A stretch of DNA of 64,000 nucleotides from Deltaproteobacteria bacterium (GCA_018333535.1 JAGXTA010000071.1:35100-99099), one strand, 5' to 3'. Shown: positions 29,155-38,423, counted from the first letter of the stretch. The notes: generated from the sequence alone by a model not told the origin. Program-made: numbers and translations.

Positions 29155-29510
29155 CAAAGGATGTGTTTCCGCGAAGGGGTGACATATGGTTAGTTAATTT
29201 CAACCCAGCCAAGGGGAGTGAACAGAAAGGAATGAGACCTGCCTTAATCATCCAGAATGACATCGGGAATGAAGTTTCGCCCGTCACGATTGTTGCTGCG
29301 ATTTCGAGTGTGACCAAGGCCTATCCCATCAATGTAGAAATCAAACCCGCTGAAAGTGGTCTTACAAAGGATTCCGTCGTTAAGCTGAATCAGATTCGTA
29401 CGATTGACAAGGAAAGACTGATAAGAAGGCTTGGGAGGCTGGATTCCCAAAAGATGAAAGAGGTGAACTCAGCGCTTATGTTGAGTTTGGGATTACAGGT
29501 ATTGAAGTAA
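29151..29510 (+). CDS. mazF: MazF/PemK family endoribonuclease toxin
   Basis: It has the motif RGDIWLVNFNPAKGSEQKGMRPALII and is 119 aa. Confidence 0.8.
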   Translation: MTKDVFPRRGDIWLVNFNPAKGSEQKGMRPALIIQNDIGNEVSPVTIVAAISSVTKAYPINVEIKPAESGLTKDSVVKLNQIRTIDKERLIRRLGRLDSQKMKEVNSALMLSLGLQVLK

Positions 29511-29578
29511 CCCGATTAAAAACCGGAATAATGAAGTATTGGATCATTGGAATCATTGCAAAAGAAAAAGGGGCTTAA

Positions 29579-30340
29579 ATGCTGACATTGATATCGATCA
29601 TATTCGGATTAATGATAGGTAGTTTTTTAAATGTCTGTATTCACAGGCTTCCAAAAGAAGAGTCCATTGTGAAGCCGGGGTCGCACTGCCCGAAATGCCA
29701 GACGCCGATTCGATATTATGATAATATTCCTGTGTTAAGCTATCTCATACTGGGAGGAAAATGCAGATATTGTCAGGTATCTATTTCAATTCAATATCCG
29801 ATTGTGGAGGCCATCACCGCCTTGAGTTCTTTCTTTTTGTTTATAACATTTGGTGTCTCCCTGAGCTTTATTTACTATTTCTCGTTTGTAGCAGCTCTCA
29901 TCGCCATCACGGTCATTGATCTGTACCACCAGATCATTCCTGATGTGATCAGCCTCCCGGGCATCGTTATAGGACTTCTGGGGTCTTTGGTTATCCCCCA
30001 GATCACCTTTTGGTCATCTTTGATCGGAGTGCTTTCAGGAGGGGGAAGTCTCTTTCTGGTAGCGACGGTCTACCAGTGGCTATTTAAAAGAGAGGGAATG
30101 GGGGGCGGAGATGTGAAACTGCTGGCTATGATCGGGGCCTTTCTTGGCTGGAAAGCAGTGATTTTAACCATTCTCCTGAGTTCATTCATAGGGTCGATCA
30201 TCGGTATCACGGTCATGTTAATCAAAGGGAAAGATTTTAAATACGCCATCCCCTTTGGCCCGTTCCTCGCTCTGGGGGCTGTGATTTCACTTTTTTTTGG
30301 GGAGAATTTAATAAGCTGGTATCTTTATATTAACAGGTAA
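29579..30340 (+). CDS. pilD: prepilin peptidase (A24 family)
   Basis: It has the N-terminal Zn-binding tetracysteine (CPKCQ...CRYCQ), a multi-TM architecture and a GGGDVKL catalytic-region motif. Confidence 0.85.
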   Translation: MLTLISIIFGLMIGSFLNVCIHRLPKEESIVKPGSHCPKCQTPIRYYDNIPVLSYLILGGKCRYCQVSISIQYPIVEAITALSSFFLFITFGVSLSFIYYFSFVAALIAITVIDLYHQIIPDVISLPGIVIGLLGSLVIPQITFWSSLIGVLSGGGSLFLVATVYQWLFKREGMGGGDVKLLAMIGAFLGWKAVILTILLSSFIGSIIGITVMLIKGKDFKYAIPFGPFLALGAVISLFFGENLISWYLYINR

Positions 30341-30360
30341 GGTACTAAGAGGTTAAGGTA

Positions 30361-30460
30361 ACGAAGCCCGTTTCGTGAGGCGTCAAGCGGTTACGTAAAA
30401 AGAATTGAGAGACGATAGACGTTACCTTTTACTTACGATACGGGCCCTGAACCTATCATG
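30361..30460. repeat. MITE-like palindromic element copy
   Basis: It reads GGTAACGAAGCCCGTTTCG ... GGTTACGT-hairpin-ACGTTACC ... CGATACGGGCC. It is the reverse orientation of the copy at 50390-50510. Confidence 0.6.
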
Positions 30461-30503
30461 GTACAGGGCGGGCATCGTTACCATTACCTTTACCGTAACC
30501 TTT

Positions 30504-32180
30504 ATGCAAAAACCTTCCTGGCTATTTAAACGATTAAATCTCACCCTCAGGACGGAGGTCGTCATTAACATCTCCCTTCTGATGCTGGCTGCTATATTCC
30601 TGATCGGATTTACCACCTCAAGAGCCAATGAGAGAAATATCATTCAGGCGAAGATCAGGAATTGCGAAATCATGGTTCAGGATTTTCAAACGATTGTCGA
30701 CTTCATCCTTCGGGAAAAGGGGGAATTGAGTTTGAATCCTTCCTCCATAAGAAAGGAGATTCAGGATTTTATCCAGATATACGGGAAAGATCGAAGTTTA
30801 TACCAATTAGTTGTGACCGATCAAGAACGAAAGGTTATTGCCAGCCAGCGTACGGAATGGATCGATAAGAATGATGATCATTCTCTGTTGAAACATTCCA
30901 TGGAGACAGGGAGCATTCTTACAGAGATTGAAAAAGAGGGGGGTCTTTTGTCATCGGAATACAAGAAGCTGGCGGTGGCTTCACCCTTATGGATACGAGG
31001 AAAGATGGTCGGTGGCATCTTGATGGAAGTGTCCACCGGAGATGTGATGAGACGTTTATTAGACTATCAAAAGATGTTTTTAATTTTAATCATCATCGAC
31101 TCTATCGTCCTGATCGTGTTCGGAAGCTTCTTGCTTTCGAGAGTGCTTGTCAGACCCTTGAAAGATCTGGTCCGATTGACACAGAAAATCAGTGATGGGG
31201 ATTTCAATCAGACCATTGAGGTGACCTCAACGAATGAGATCGGGCAACTCATTACTTCATTTAACAGGATGATCGAACGTTTAAAAGAAAAACAGGAAAA
31301 TATCGAAATGCATCTCGAATCTCTCGAGTTAGCCAACGTCAAATTGAAACAGGCCCAGGAGGAGTTAATCAGGACGGAAAAACTGGCATCGATTGGAAGG
31401 TTTGCCGCAGGGGTCGCTCACGAGGTCGGAAATCCATTGGGATCCATTCTGGGCTACACCAGCATTCTGGCCCGTGAGGAGGCGACCCGGGAGGAGACCC
31501 AGGATTATTTAAAAAGGATTGAGAAGGAAATCGAAAGGATTAATCGGATTGTTAAGGAACTGCTCAATTTTGCAAGGCCCTCCAGATTAGAAATTCAAGA
31601 GGTCGAAATCAACAGGGTGATTGAAGATACCCTTTCTCTGCTCTCCTACCAGAAAAGCTTCAAAAATATCGAAACCCGCCTAAATCTTCAACCGGACCTA
31701 CCCATGATCAAAGCCAATGAATCTCAGCTTTCGCAGGTTTTCATCAATATCGTCCTGAATGCGGTCGATGCCATGCCTGATGGCGGGGTATTAAGTATTG
31801 AGACGGAGAATTATGTCGTTGGAAGAAGCGTGACAGGTGATTTAGAACACCCCTATTTTCCAAGGCGAAGGGATGATCCTCTGGAGACCGATTATTTCCA
31901 CCTGCGAAGCCCAAATCCTTTCTCTGTTCTCTTTACAAAATTTATTAGAGACGATCGATTGATAAAGGTCAAAATATCCGATACAGGAATGGGAATTAAA
32001 AAAGAAGATTTGGAAAAGGTCTTTGATCCTTTTTTTACGACGAAAGACCCCGATAAAGGCACGGGTCTGGGATTATCGATCTCACTCCGCATTATTGAAT
32101 CCTTAGGGGGGGAGGTGAAGGTGAGGAGCGAAGAAAGGAAGGGGTCGGCCTTTGAGATATACTTCCCTGCAGCCCAATAA
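30504..32180 (+). CDS. membrane sensor histidine kinase (HAMP-HisKA-HATPase), PilS/NtrB-like
   Basis: It has two TM segments, a HAMP domain, a HisKA H-box (AAGVAHEVGNPLGSI) and G1/G2 boxes (DTGMGI, GTGLGL). The start is probably MQKPSWLF, since the longer ORF from 30405 overlaps a repeat element. Confidence 0.8.
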   Translation: MQKPSWLFKRLNLTLRTEVVINISLLMLAAIFLIGFTTSRANERNIIQAKIRNCEIMVQDFQTIVDFILREKGELSLNPSSIRKEIQDFIQIYGKDRSLYQLVVTDQERKVIASQRTEWIDKNDDHSLLKHSMETGSILTEIEKEGGLLSSEYKKLAVASPLWIRGKMVGGILMEVSTGDVMRRLLDYQKMFLILIIIDSIVLIVFGSFLLSRVLVRPLKDLVRLTQKISDGDFNQTIEVTSTNEIGQLITSFNRMIERLKEKQENIEMHLESLELANVKLKQAQEELIRTEKLASIGRFAAGVAHEVGNPLGSILGYTSILAREEATREETQDYLKRIEKEIERINRIVKELLNFARPSRLEIQEVEINRVIEDTLSLLSYQKSFKNIETRLNLQPDLPMIKANESQLSQVFINIVLNAVDAMPDGGVLSIETENYVVGRSVTGDLEHPYFPRRRDDPLETDYFHLRSPNPFSVLFTKFIRDDRLIKVKISDTGMGIKKEDLEKVFDPFFTTKDPDKGTGLGLSISLRIIESLGGEVKVRSEERKGSAFEIYFPAAQ

Positions 32181-32214
32181 AAATGGAATAATGGAATAGT
32201 GGAATAATGGAAAA

Positions 32215-32636
32215 TTGGGTATGAAAACTGAAAGGAAGAACGTCAACCGGGGCTTCAAGAAACTTCTTGTGTGGCAAGATGCAGTGTCTCTATATGTTCT
32301 GGCTTTTGAGATATTCGGAAAATTTCCGTTTGAACTCAAGAAGATTGCAGCAAATAGCATCGATGCTGCTCACAGCATATCAAGAAATATTTGGAAGGTT
32401 ACTGCCGAAGGAGCTTGAAGGAGTATCTGAACCATCTGAATATTGCCCTTGGTTCATGTGGAGAATTTCACTCCTGTTACGAAAGCTGCATGCAAGCAGG
32501 CCAAATATCGAAGGAAGAATATGAAGAATTAGACGAGCTCCATTATAAGGTCGAAAACCAATTGTTGAAATTGATTGAATCACTTCAAAAAAAACAAAAA
32601 GATGGCCAATGGAAGGAAAGTTTTCTACCCGAATAA
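32215..32636 (+). pseudogene. four-helix-bundle protein gene (TIGR02436-like) interrupted by a -1 frameshift near 32390
   Basis: The N-terminal part (32215-32418: KKLLVWQDAVSLYV...SISRNI) and the C-terminal part (32391-32636, next frame: EGYCRRSLKEYLNHLNIALGSCGEF...) together match the family consensus (...SIPSNIAEGYGRRS..FL.IA.GS..E). One T is missing in the run at 32388-32391. Confidence 0.6.
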
Positions 32637-32872
32637 AACAAAGGGACGCTGAAAAAAGATGGAATGGCGGGGTAAGAACGATGGAATAATGGAGCTGTGG
32701 AGTAATGAGAAAAGATGGCGAATAGAATGATGAAGTGGTTGGAAATCGGAGTTTTGGGTTCGTTGATTTTACTCAATATTCCAATATTCCAATTTTATTA
32801 GTTGTCTTTGGGGTTACCCATTATTCCAGCATTCCAGCATTCCAATATTCCGGCATTCTATAGGAGGGTAAA

Positions 32873-34246
32873 ATGATTCCCAGGCGAATTCTCATCGTGG
32901 ATGATGAGGAGAGTTTTCGAAATGTATTGACCGTTATTTTAAGAAAAGAGGGATATGAAGTAGAGGGCGCAGTCAATGGAGAAGATGGGTTGAATAAAAT
33001 CTCCGGTGCGGCGTTTGATCACATCCTTTGCGATATCCGGATGCCGCAGATGGACGGCCTTGAATTCTTACAGGAATCGAAGAAAACGGGGGTTAAGGCT
33101 CCGATTATTATGATGTCCGCTTTTGGGACCATTGATACGGCTATCGAAGCCATGAAATCGGGCGCCTATGATTATATCTCAAAACCATTCAAACCAGATG
33201 AAATTATTCTAACTCTGAAAAAGGCGGAGGAGAGGGAAAGGCTTAGAAAAGAGAATGAACTTCTCCGAAAAGAGGTTAAGAGGGAATACAGCTTTGAAAA
33301 TATCGTCAGCAAAAACGATAAAATGAACAAGATATTCGAGATCATCAAGAAGGTGGCGCCTTACAAATCGACCATCCTCATCACAGGAGAAAGCGGAACA
33401 GGCAAGGAGTTGGTCGCCAGAGCGATCCACTATAACAGCGACCGGTCAAAAATGTTCTTCGTCCCGGTTAATTGCGGAGCCATCCCAGAGAATCTCCTCG
33501 AAAGCGAACTTTTCGGCCATGTGAAAGGCGCGTTTACCGATGCCATCCGAACCAAAAAGGGACTCTTTGAGGAGGCCGACGGAGGAACGATCTTTCTGGA
33601 CGAGATCGGGGAGTTGCCGCCTCAACTTCAGGTCAAACTCCTGCGGGTGCTTCAGGATGGAGAAATCAGGAGGGTAGGGGAATCGAAATCCATTCAAATT
33701 GATGTGAGAATCATTGCGGCAACGGTTAAAGATCTCACGAGAGAAGTCAATGAAGGACGATTCAGAGACGACCTGTTCTACCGTTTAAATGTTCTTCACC
33801 TTTCCATCCCGCCGCTTCGCGAAAGAAAAGAAGATATTCCCATTCTCATCCAGCATTTTATCAATAAGCACAACCAGGGTTTGAACAAGAATATAAAAGA
33901 TATGGACACAAAGGCCCTCGAACTATTGATGAACTATAAATGGTCCGGGAATGTGCGGGAGCTGGAAAATACGATCGAAAGGGCTGTGGTATTGACGGAT
34001 GGAGAAAGAATTGAATTGGATAATCTCCCTTTCGAGATTCAGAATTTTCAGAACGAAGTTCCAATGGTCTCCATGGCTGAAGAGGAATATTCGGTTAAAA
34101 AAGCCTCAAGAATGTTGGAGATAGGGTTAATCCGGAAGGCTTTAAAAAAGACCAAAGGAAACCATACCCATGCAGCAAAGCTGCTTGAAATCAGCCACCG
34201 CGCCCTCCTGTATAAGATCAAGGATTATGGAATTGTGGAGAGTTGA
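32873..34246 (+). CDS. sigma-54-dependent NtrC-family response regulator (REC-AAA+-HTH), PilR-like
   Basis: It has a REC domain (ILIVDDEE, D54-like), Walker A (GESGTGKE), a GAFTGA-type motif (GAFTDA) and a C-terminal Fis-type HTH. Confidence 0.9.
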   Translation: MIPRRILIVDDEESFRNVLTVILRKEGYEVEGAVNGEDGLNKISGAAFDHILCDIRMPQMDGLEFLQESKKTGVKAPIIMMSAFGTIDTAIEAMKSGAYDYISKPFKPDEIILTLKKAEERERLRKENELLRKEVKREYSFENIVSKNDKMNKIFEIIKKVAPYKSTILITGESGTGKELVARAIHYNSDRSKMFFVPVNCGAIPENLLESELFGHVKGAFTDAIRTKKGLFEEADGGTIFLDEIGELPPQLQVKLLRVLQDGEIRRVGESKSIQIDVRIIAATVKDLTREVNEGRFRDDLFYRLNVLHLSIPPLRERKEDIPILIQHFINKHNQGLNKNIKDMDTKALELLMNYKWSGNVRELENTIERAVVLTDGERIELDNLPFEIQNFQNEVPMVSMAEEEYSVKKASRMLEIGLIRKALKKTKGNHTHAAKLLEISHRALLYKIKDYGIVES

Positions 34247-34269
34247 TTTTTAAGAAAATAAGTCGTTGA

Positions 34270-34500
34270 AAGGCTACGGTCACGAAGCCCGTTTCGGCAC
34301 TCGGTTACGGTTACGTGTAAAGACTACCTCTAAAAATGTCCTTCCGGCGAAAGCCGGAATCCAGTCCCGCCTTTAGCGGGATTGATATGACTGGACTCCC
34401 GCCTTCGCGGGAGTGACGAATTTTGAATTATTAGAGGTTCCCTAAAAAATTAAACACGACAGACGTAGCCTTTTAAAAACGATACGGGCCTCGTTGCCCT
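34270..34500. repeat. composite repeat: MITE-like element carrying a nested palindromic unit of the GTCATTCCCGCGAAAGCGGGAATCCAG type
   Basis: It has the terminal motifs ACGAAGCCCGTTTCG and CGATACGGGCCTCGTTGCCCTAACC. The inner hairpins are CCGGCGAAAGCCGG, CCCGCCTTTAGCGGG and CCCGCCTTCGCGGG. Confidence 0.55.
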
Positions 34501-34524
34501 AACCTTTACCCTTTTGTTTTTATT

Positions 34525-34553
34525 TTGACATTTTACCCATTTTGGAGTATAAA
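34525..34553 (+). promoter_or_regulatory. sigma-70-type promoter (TTGACA-17-TATAAA)
   Basis: The match is near-consensus. It is followed by the AGGAGG RBS at 34561-34566 and the ATG at 34573. Confidence 0.55.
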
Positions 34554-34572
34554 AATCGATAGGAGGAAACGA

Positions 34573-35502
34573 ATGGCAATCCAAATATTTTCCCTCCTTA
34601 TCATACTGCCTCTCCTTCTTGGAATCTTCTCTTGCGGACGCTCTGATCAGCTAGAGCCTAAATCAAAAACCAATTCGCCGCCTGTAATCAGGTCGGCTAC
34701 GATTTTACCGGAGAATCCCACGCGGGAAAAAGACCTTGCCGTGACTGTTCAGGGGGAGGACCCGGACCAGGACCCCATCACCTACATCTACCAATGGGTT
34801 AAAAACGATGAAGAGATGGTAGGAGAGAAGATGAATATCCTAAGAAGCGGAACTTTTAAAAAAGGGGATATCCTACAAGTTAAGGTGGTGCCCTCCGATG
34901 GCAAGGTGGAAGGAAAGCCTTTTTTGTCAAATCCGGTAAAAGTCCTTAATTCTCCACCGATTGTTCAGGAAGTGAGAATCGAACCGAAAGTTGCTTCTGC
35001 AAACGAGGATTTAAAGGCGGTCGTCAAAGGGTTTGATCAGGATGGGGATTTTATCTATTACGCCTACAAATGGGAAAAGAGCGGGATGCTCATACCGGAA
35101 GAAGGTAAGGAGATATTGGAACAAAATCGATTCAAAAAAGGAGACTCCATTACTGTCATTGTGACTTCGGATGATCGGGATGTAACAGGCGCTCCCAAAA
35201 AATCGGATGCAGTCATCATATCCAACAGCCCTCCCATCATTGTTTCATCCCCACCAACTGCTGTAGAGAAATCGACCTATCTCTATCAGGTCAAAGCAAA
35301 TGACCCTGACAATGATCCCGTGACCTTCGTTTTAAAATCAGGGCCAAAGGGAATGGAGATTGATAAAAATACTGGACTCATCCGCTGGGAGATTCGGAAG
35401 GAAGACAAAGGAACCCACCAGATAGAGATTGAAGCTTCTGATAACGAAGGAGCAAGAAGCGCTCAACGATACCTTTTGAATGTTGAATTCAGACCACAAT
35501 AG
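34573..35502 (+). CDS. lipoprotein with three tandem roughly 95-aa Ig/cadherin-like repeats
   Basis: It has a signal peptide with the lipobox LGIFSC. There are three internal repeats, each starting SPP(V/I)(I/V), and the last resembles a cadherin-like/dystroglycan-type domain (NDPDNDPVTF). Confidence 0.6.
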   Translation: MAIQIFSLLIILPLLLGIFSCGRSDQLEPKSKTNSPPVIRSATILPENPTREKDLAVTVQGEDPDQDPITYIYQWVKNDEEMVGEKMNILRSGTFKKGDILQVKVVPSDGKVEGKPFLSNPVKVLNSPPIVQEVRIEPKVASANEDLKAVVKGFDQDGDFIYYAYKWEKSGMLIPEEGKEILEQNRFKKGDSITVIVTSDDRDVTGAPKKSDAVIISNSPPIIVSSPPTAVEKSTYLYQVKANDPDNDPVTFVLKSGPKGMEIDKNTGLIRWEIRKEDKGTHQIEIEASDNEGARSAQRYLLNVEFRPQ

Positions 35503-35585
35503 TAAACCTGCACTTCTGAATAGGCCTTCAAAAACATGTTATTTTTTTGGTAAATAGAACGCCTCCAATGTTTGATGGTTTTGCC

Positions 35586-36053
35586 TTATTTTTTCCTTAC
35601 CATTCCCACAAATTCTTTCACATCGATGATCTTGATTCCATGGAACTGTTTGAGGTTTCTCAGGTGGGGATCTCTGGAGACGATGAAGTCGGCTTTGGCC
35701 TCCATGGCACATGCAAGGAATATGTTGTCCGTTGGGTCCTCCTTGATCTTATGAAGGCTGTAGCGGCCTTCGGTGAAAAAAGCCTTCTCAATACCCAAAC
35801 CGATAAACTCATCGATATCCTCTTTTGAAGGTTTAAACTGTTCCAGGATCCGGGGATAATGCAGCACCCGATAGAGCTCTGCCATAATCTCCTTCGATGT
35901 TGCCAGCGTGAACGCCCCATCTGCAATCATTTCCCTGAGCTCTCTGGCCAATTCCCCTCTTGGAAACGCCACACTGACCATCACGCTGGTATCGATGACC
36001 GCCTTAAGCACGGGCACGCCCTTTTGCCCTGACCGTTGTAACTGCCTCATCAA
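35586..36053 (-). CDS. PIN-domain toxin (VapC-like)
   Basis: It has the motifs VIDTSV and DNIFLACAMEAKADFIVSRD. It overlaps the upstream HTH gene. Confidence 0.65.
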   Translation of the reverse strand: MMRQLQRSGQKGVPVLKAVIDTSVMVSVAFPRGELARELREMIADGAFTLATSKEIMAELYRVLHYPRILEQFKPSKEDIDEFIGLGIEKAFFTEGRYSLHKIKEDPTDNIFLACAMEAKADFIVSRDPHLRNLKQFHGIKIIDVKEFVGMVRKK

Positions 36054-36498
36054 TCACCTTGTCGATTTCATCCTGGGGATAGTCCTTAACCCCCTTTGCC
36101 AGCTTGTCCGTTATGTCTCTGAATCTTTGAGACCAGGACTTTTCGGTTTTCGGTCTCATCACCTTCTCCACTTGATGTTTCACAATAATTCCCTCCAGCA
36201 TTTTTTTAACGGCCTGTCTTTCCCCTTCGTCCAGAGCAGAGATCATCTCGAACTGTTCTAAAAGCTCTCGGTCCATGAGCCTGTTAGCTGCGATCCCCGT
36301 GGTTTTGTCAAAAAACATCTCGTCTATGGAAACTCCAAGAGCCTTGGCCAGTCGAGCGCTTACCTCAAGAGTAGGGGAGGACTTATCCGCTTCATATCGC
36401 CTGATTTGAGAGATTGCTACCCCGCTTTGTTTAACCAGTTCTTCCTGTGTTAAGCCTTTTTCTTTTCTGAATCTCGATAGATTCCTTCCAAATGACAT
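36004..36498 (-). CDS. XRE-family HTH antitoxin-like regulator
   Basis: It has a Cro/C1-type HTH (LTQEELVKQSGVAISQIRRYE) and a C-terminal extension. The start is probably MSFGRNL. Confidence 0.6.
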   Translation of the reverse strand: MSFGRNLSRFRKEKGLTQEELVKQSGVAISQIRRYEADKSSPTLEVSARLAKALGVSIDEMFFDKTTGIAANRLMDRELLEQFEMISALDEGERQAVKKMLEGIIVKHQVEKVMRPKTEKSWSQRFRDITDKLAKGVKDYPQDEIDKVIDEAVTTVRAKGRARA

Positions 36499-36661
36499 CG
36501 AAAGTGCCTCCTTTGGTATGCTTGTCTTGGGATCGAATTTCAACACAGGGTTTTGAGAACCCTTCTCAGAGCATGAAGATACCTTTTATGATATTAAACA
36601 TACCTAATTGAGTATTATAAATATTTTAGGTTTAAAGTCAAGGTTTTTCTCTTGACCGGAG

Positions 36662-36878
36662 ACCCCCCTCAGTTAAGGGTGTCATTCCATAAGTCGATAG
36701 GCGGGGCCTGCTGCAGGTCTAACCCCGCCTCCAACATAGTCGGGACAGGCCTCTGGCTCAGGCTCCGCCCCAGAGGGACTCCTGGCCCGGAGGGAAGAGC
36801 CTCTGGCTCGGAGAGAATGTCCCGCCTATCGGTACAGTTAAATTTTATCAGGCATGTTGTGACTCCCCTTAACTGAGG
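36662..36878. repeat. GC-rich (about 65%) 215-bp element with 20-bp terminal inverted repeats and nested inner inverted and direct repeats; either a MITE or a structured ncRNA
   Basis: The terminal inverted repeat is CCCCCTCAGTTAAGGG(T)GTCA versus TGACTCCCCTTAACTGAGGGGG. The inner inverted repeat is CGATAGGCGGG/CCCGCCTATCG, and the direct repeat is GCCTCTGGCTC(A/G)G. Confidence 0.5.
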
Positions 36879-37339
36879 GGGTTAAAACCCTCTCTTTAAA
36901 ATGTTTGACTTTTGTTCTTATTCTATGATTAAATGAGACAAATTTTCACATACGCTCTTTGAAAATCAGGCCCAAAATCGGGAGATTTGAATGAGAAAGG
37001 AGTCCGGTGGGGACGAATGAAAATGGGGGTTGAAAATAGCCAATTCTTACATCAGATTCAATCGTCCCGATGGGACTGTTGTTTTATATTTTCTTCCCAG
37101 CGATGAATCGCTGGGCTATTGTCATGCAGGCCCCCCTGGGGCATTAGAACAATTAAGTTACCGTCCATGTACATAATACCTGTAAATTTTCATACTTCGA
37201 GAGTGACAAACCCATCGTGAAAGTCTTACTATGAAATAAATTCATACCCCATGAGACAATTTTCAGGGTTTTTGGGGGTTTTTAAAAGGAAGGCCCAAGA
37301 CAATCTATTGATTTGATAGGGTTATTTATATTTTTAAAA

Positions 37340-37356
37340 TGGCATATTATTTGCTG
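37340..37356 (+). promoter_or_regulatory. sigma-54 -24/-12 motif (TGGCATATTATTTGCT)
   Basis: GG and GC are separated by 10 nt. It lies only about 16 nt upstream of the fimT-like ATG at 37372. Confidence 0.4.
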
Positions 37357-37371
37357 CAAAATAGGGCTAAA

Positions 37372-37815
37372 ATGAATAGAAGGGGTGTAACCTTACTTGA
37401 GCTGATCATCGTTATGGTGATCATTGGCATTGGAGCGACATTGCTTGCCCCGGGCATCGGTACTTGGATTCCGATTTATCGCTTAAAGGGGGCAACACGA
37501 GATGTGGTTTCGACCTTAAGAACCGCCCAGATGAAGGCAATTTCAATCAATACGGATTATCAGGTAAATTTCTCGAATGCGACGACCTATGTGCTTGAAT
37601 ATAGGAATACACTTGGTGTCTTTGTCACCGAAGGATCACCGCAGACACTCCCTTCGGGAATTCAGTTTACGACCTTTCCAAGGATTTTTCAATTTAATCC
37701 TAATTCTACTGCAAGCCTAACAGGAGCTTTAACATTAACCAACACCAAGGGGAGTACAAGAACCATTACTTTAACCACAGCCACTGGACGGATAAGGGTT
37801 GATCCGCCCTTATAG
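37372..37815 (+). CDS. minor pilin, FimT/GspH-like
   Basis: It begins MNRRG|VTLLELIIVMVIIGIGATLLAPGI, with AQMKAIS following. It is paralogous to 43820-44254. Confidence 0.75.
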   Translation: MNRRGVTLLELIIVMVIIGIGATLLAPGIGTWIPIYRLKGATRDVVSTLRTAQMKAISINTDYQVNFSNATTYVLEYRNTLGVFVTEGSPQTLPSGIQFTTFPRIFQFNPNSTASLTGALTLTNTKGSTRTITLTTATGRIRVDPPL

Positions 37816-38059
37816 GAGCCTATTGAACAAAGGCTAATACACTCTTCGACCGTTCGACAGGCTCAAGGCTCAGAGTGAACGGAGTTTATAAATTGAAATC
37901 ATTTATTTTTTCCTTTCAGCTGAGCTTGTCAAAGCATGAGCTCTTCCTTCGACTTTACTCAGGACATTCGGAAAATAAACCGTTCGTCCTGAGGCTCTCG
38001 AAGGGTGAATGGTACGATCAGAACATGCTTGTTGAGGCATGGAAAGTGGCAGGAGAGAA

Positions 38060-38419
38060 ATGCATTTGAATCAAAAGGGGTTTTCACTTCTCGAAGTTCT
38101 CATCGGCCTGGTTATTTTAGCCATTGGCATCCTTGCCATTACCGGAATGCAGATCACTTCGATCCGGGGGACTTCTTTTAGCAACCGTTTATCCCAGGCA
38201 TCTGTCATTGCACAGGAGGGATTGGAATCTTTAAAAAGTTTGCCCATCAATGATGTCAGATTGAATACGAACGATTACAATGAGCCTGATTCAGGAATTT
38301 TTCAAAGAAGATACCGTTCAGATAGAAATCCCGAATTTGTTACTCTGCGATATACAGTTTCCTGGGTAGAGGATGGATCGACCCGTGAAGTCTCTTTCTC
38401 AACAGTAAAGTCACGGTAG
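38060..38419 (+). CDS. pilV: minor pilin PilV-like
   Basis: It begins MHLNQKG|FSLLEVLIGLVILAIGILAITGMQ. It is paralogous to 44247-44609. Confidence 0.75.
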   Translation: MHLNQKGFSLLEVLIGLVILAIGILAITGMQITSIRGTSFSNRLSQASVIAQEGLESLKSLPINDVRLNTNDYNEPDSGIFQRRYRSDRNPEFVTLRYTVSWVEDGSTREVSFSTVKSR

Positions 38420-38423
38420 TATT

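Noticed and set aside
36662-36878. SRP (4.5S) RNA identity for the GC-rich hairpin element
   Set aside because: There is only a loose resemblance to the domain IV motif. No GNRA tetraloop sits in the right place, and the length of about 215 nt fits neither the small nor the Bacillus-type SRP RNA. It is kept as an open alternative only.
37339-37371. Longer fimT-like ORF starting at 37339 (MAYYLLQNRAKMNRRG...)
   Set aside because: It would give a 16-aa leader and place the start codon inside the sigma-54 motif. The ATG at 37372 gives the canonical 5-aa prepilin leader.
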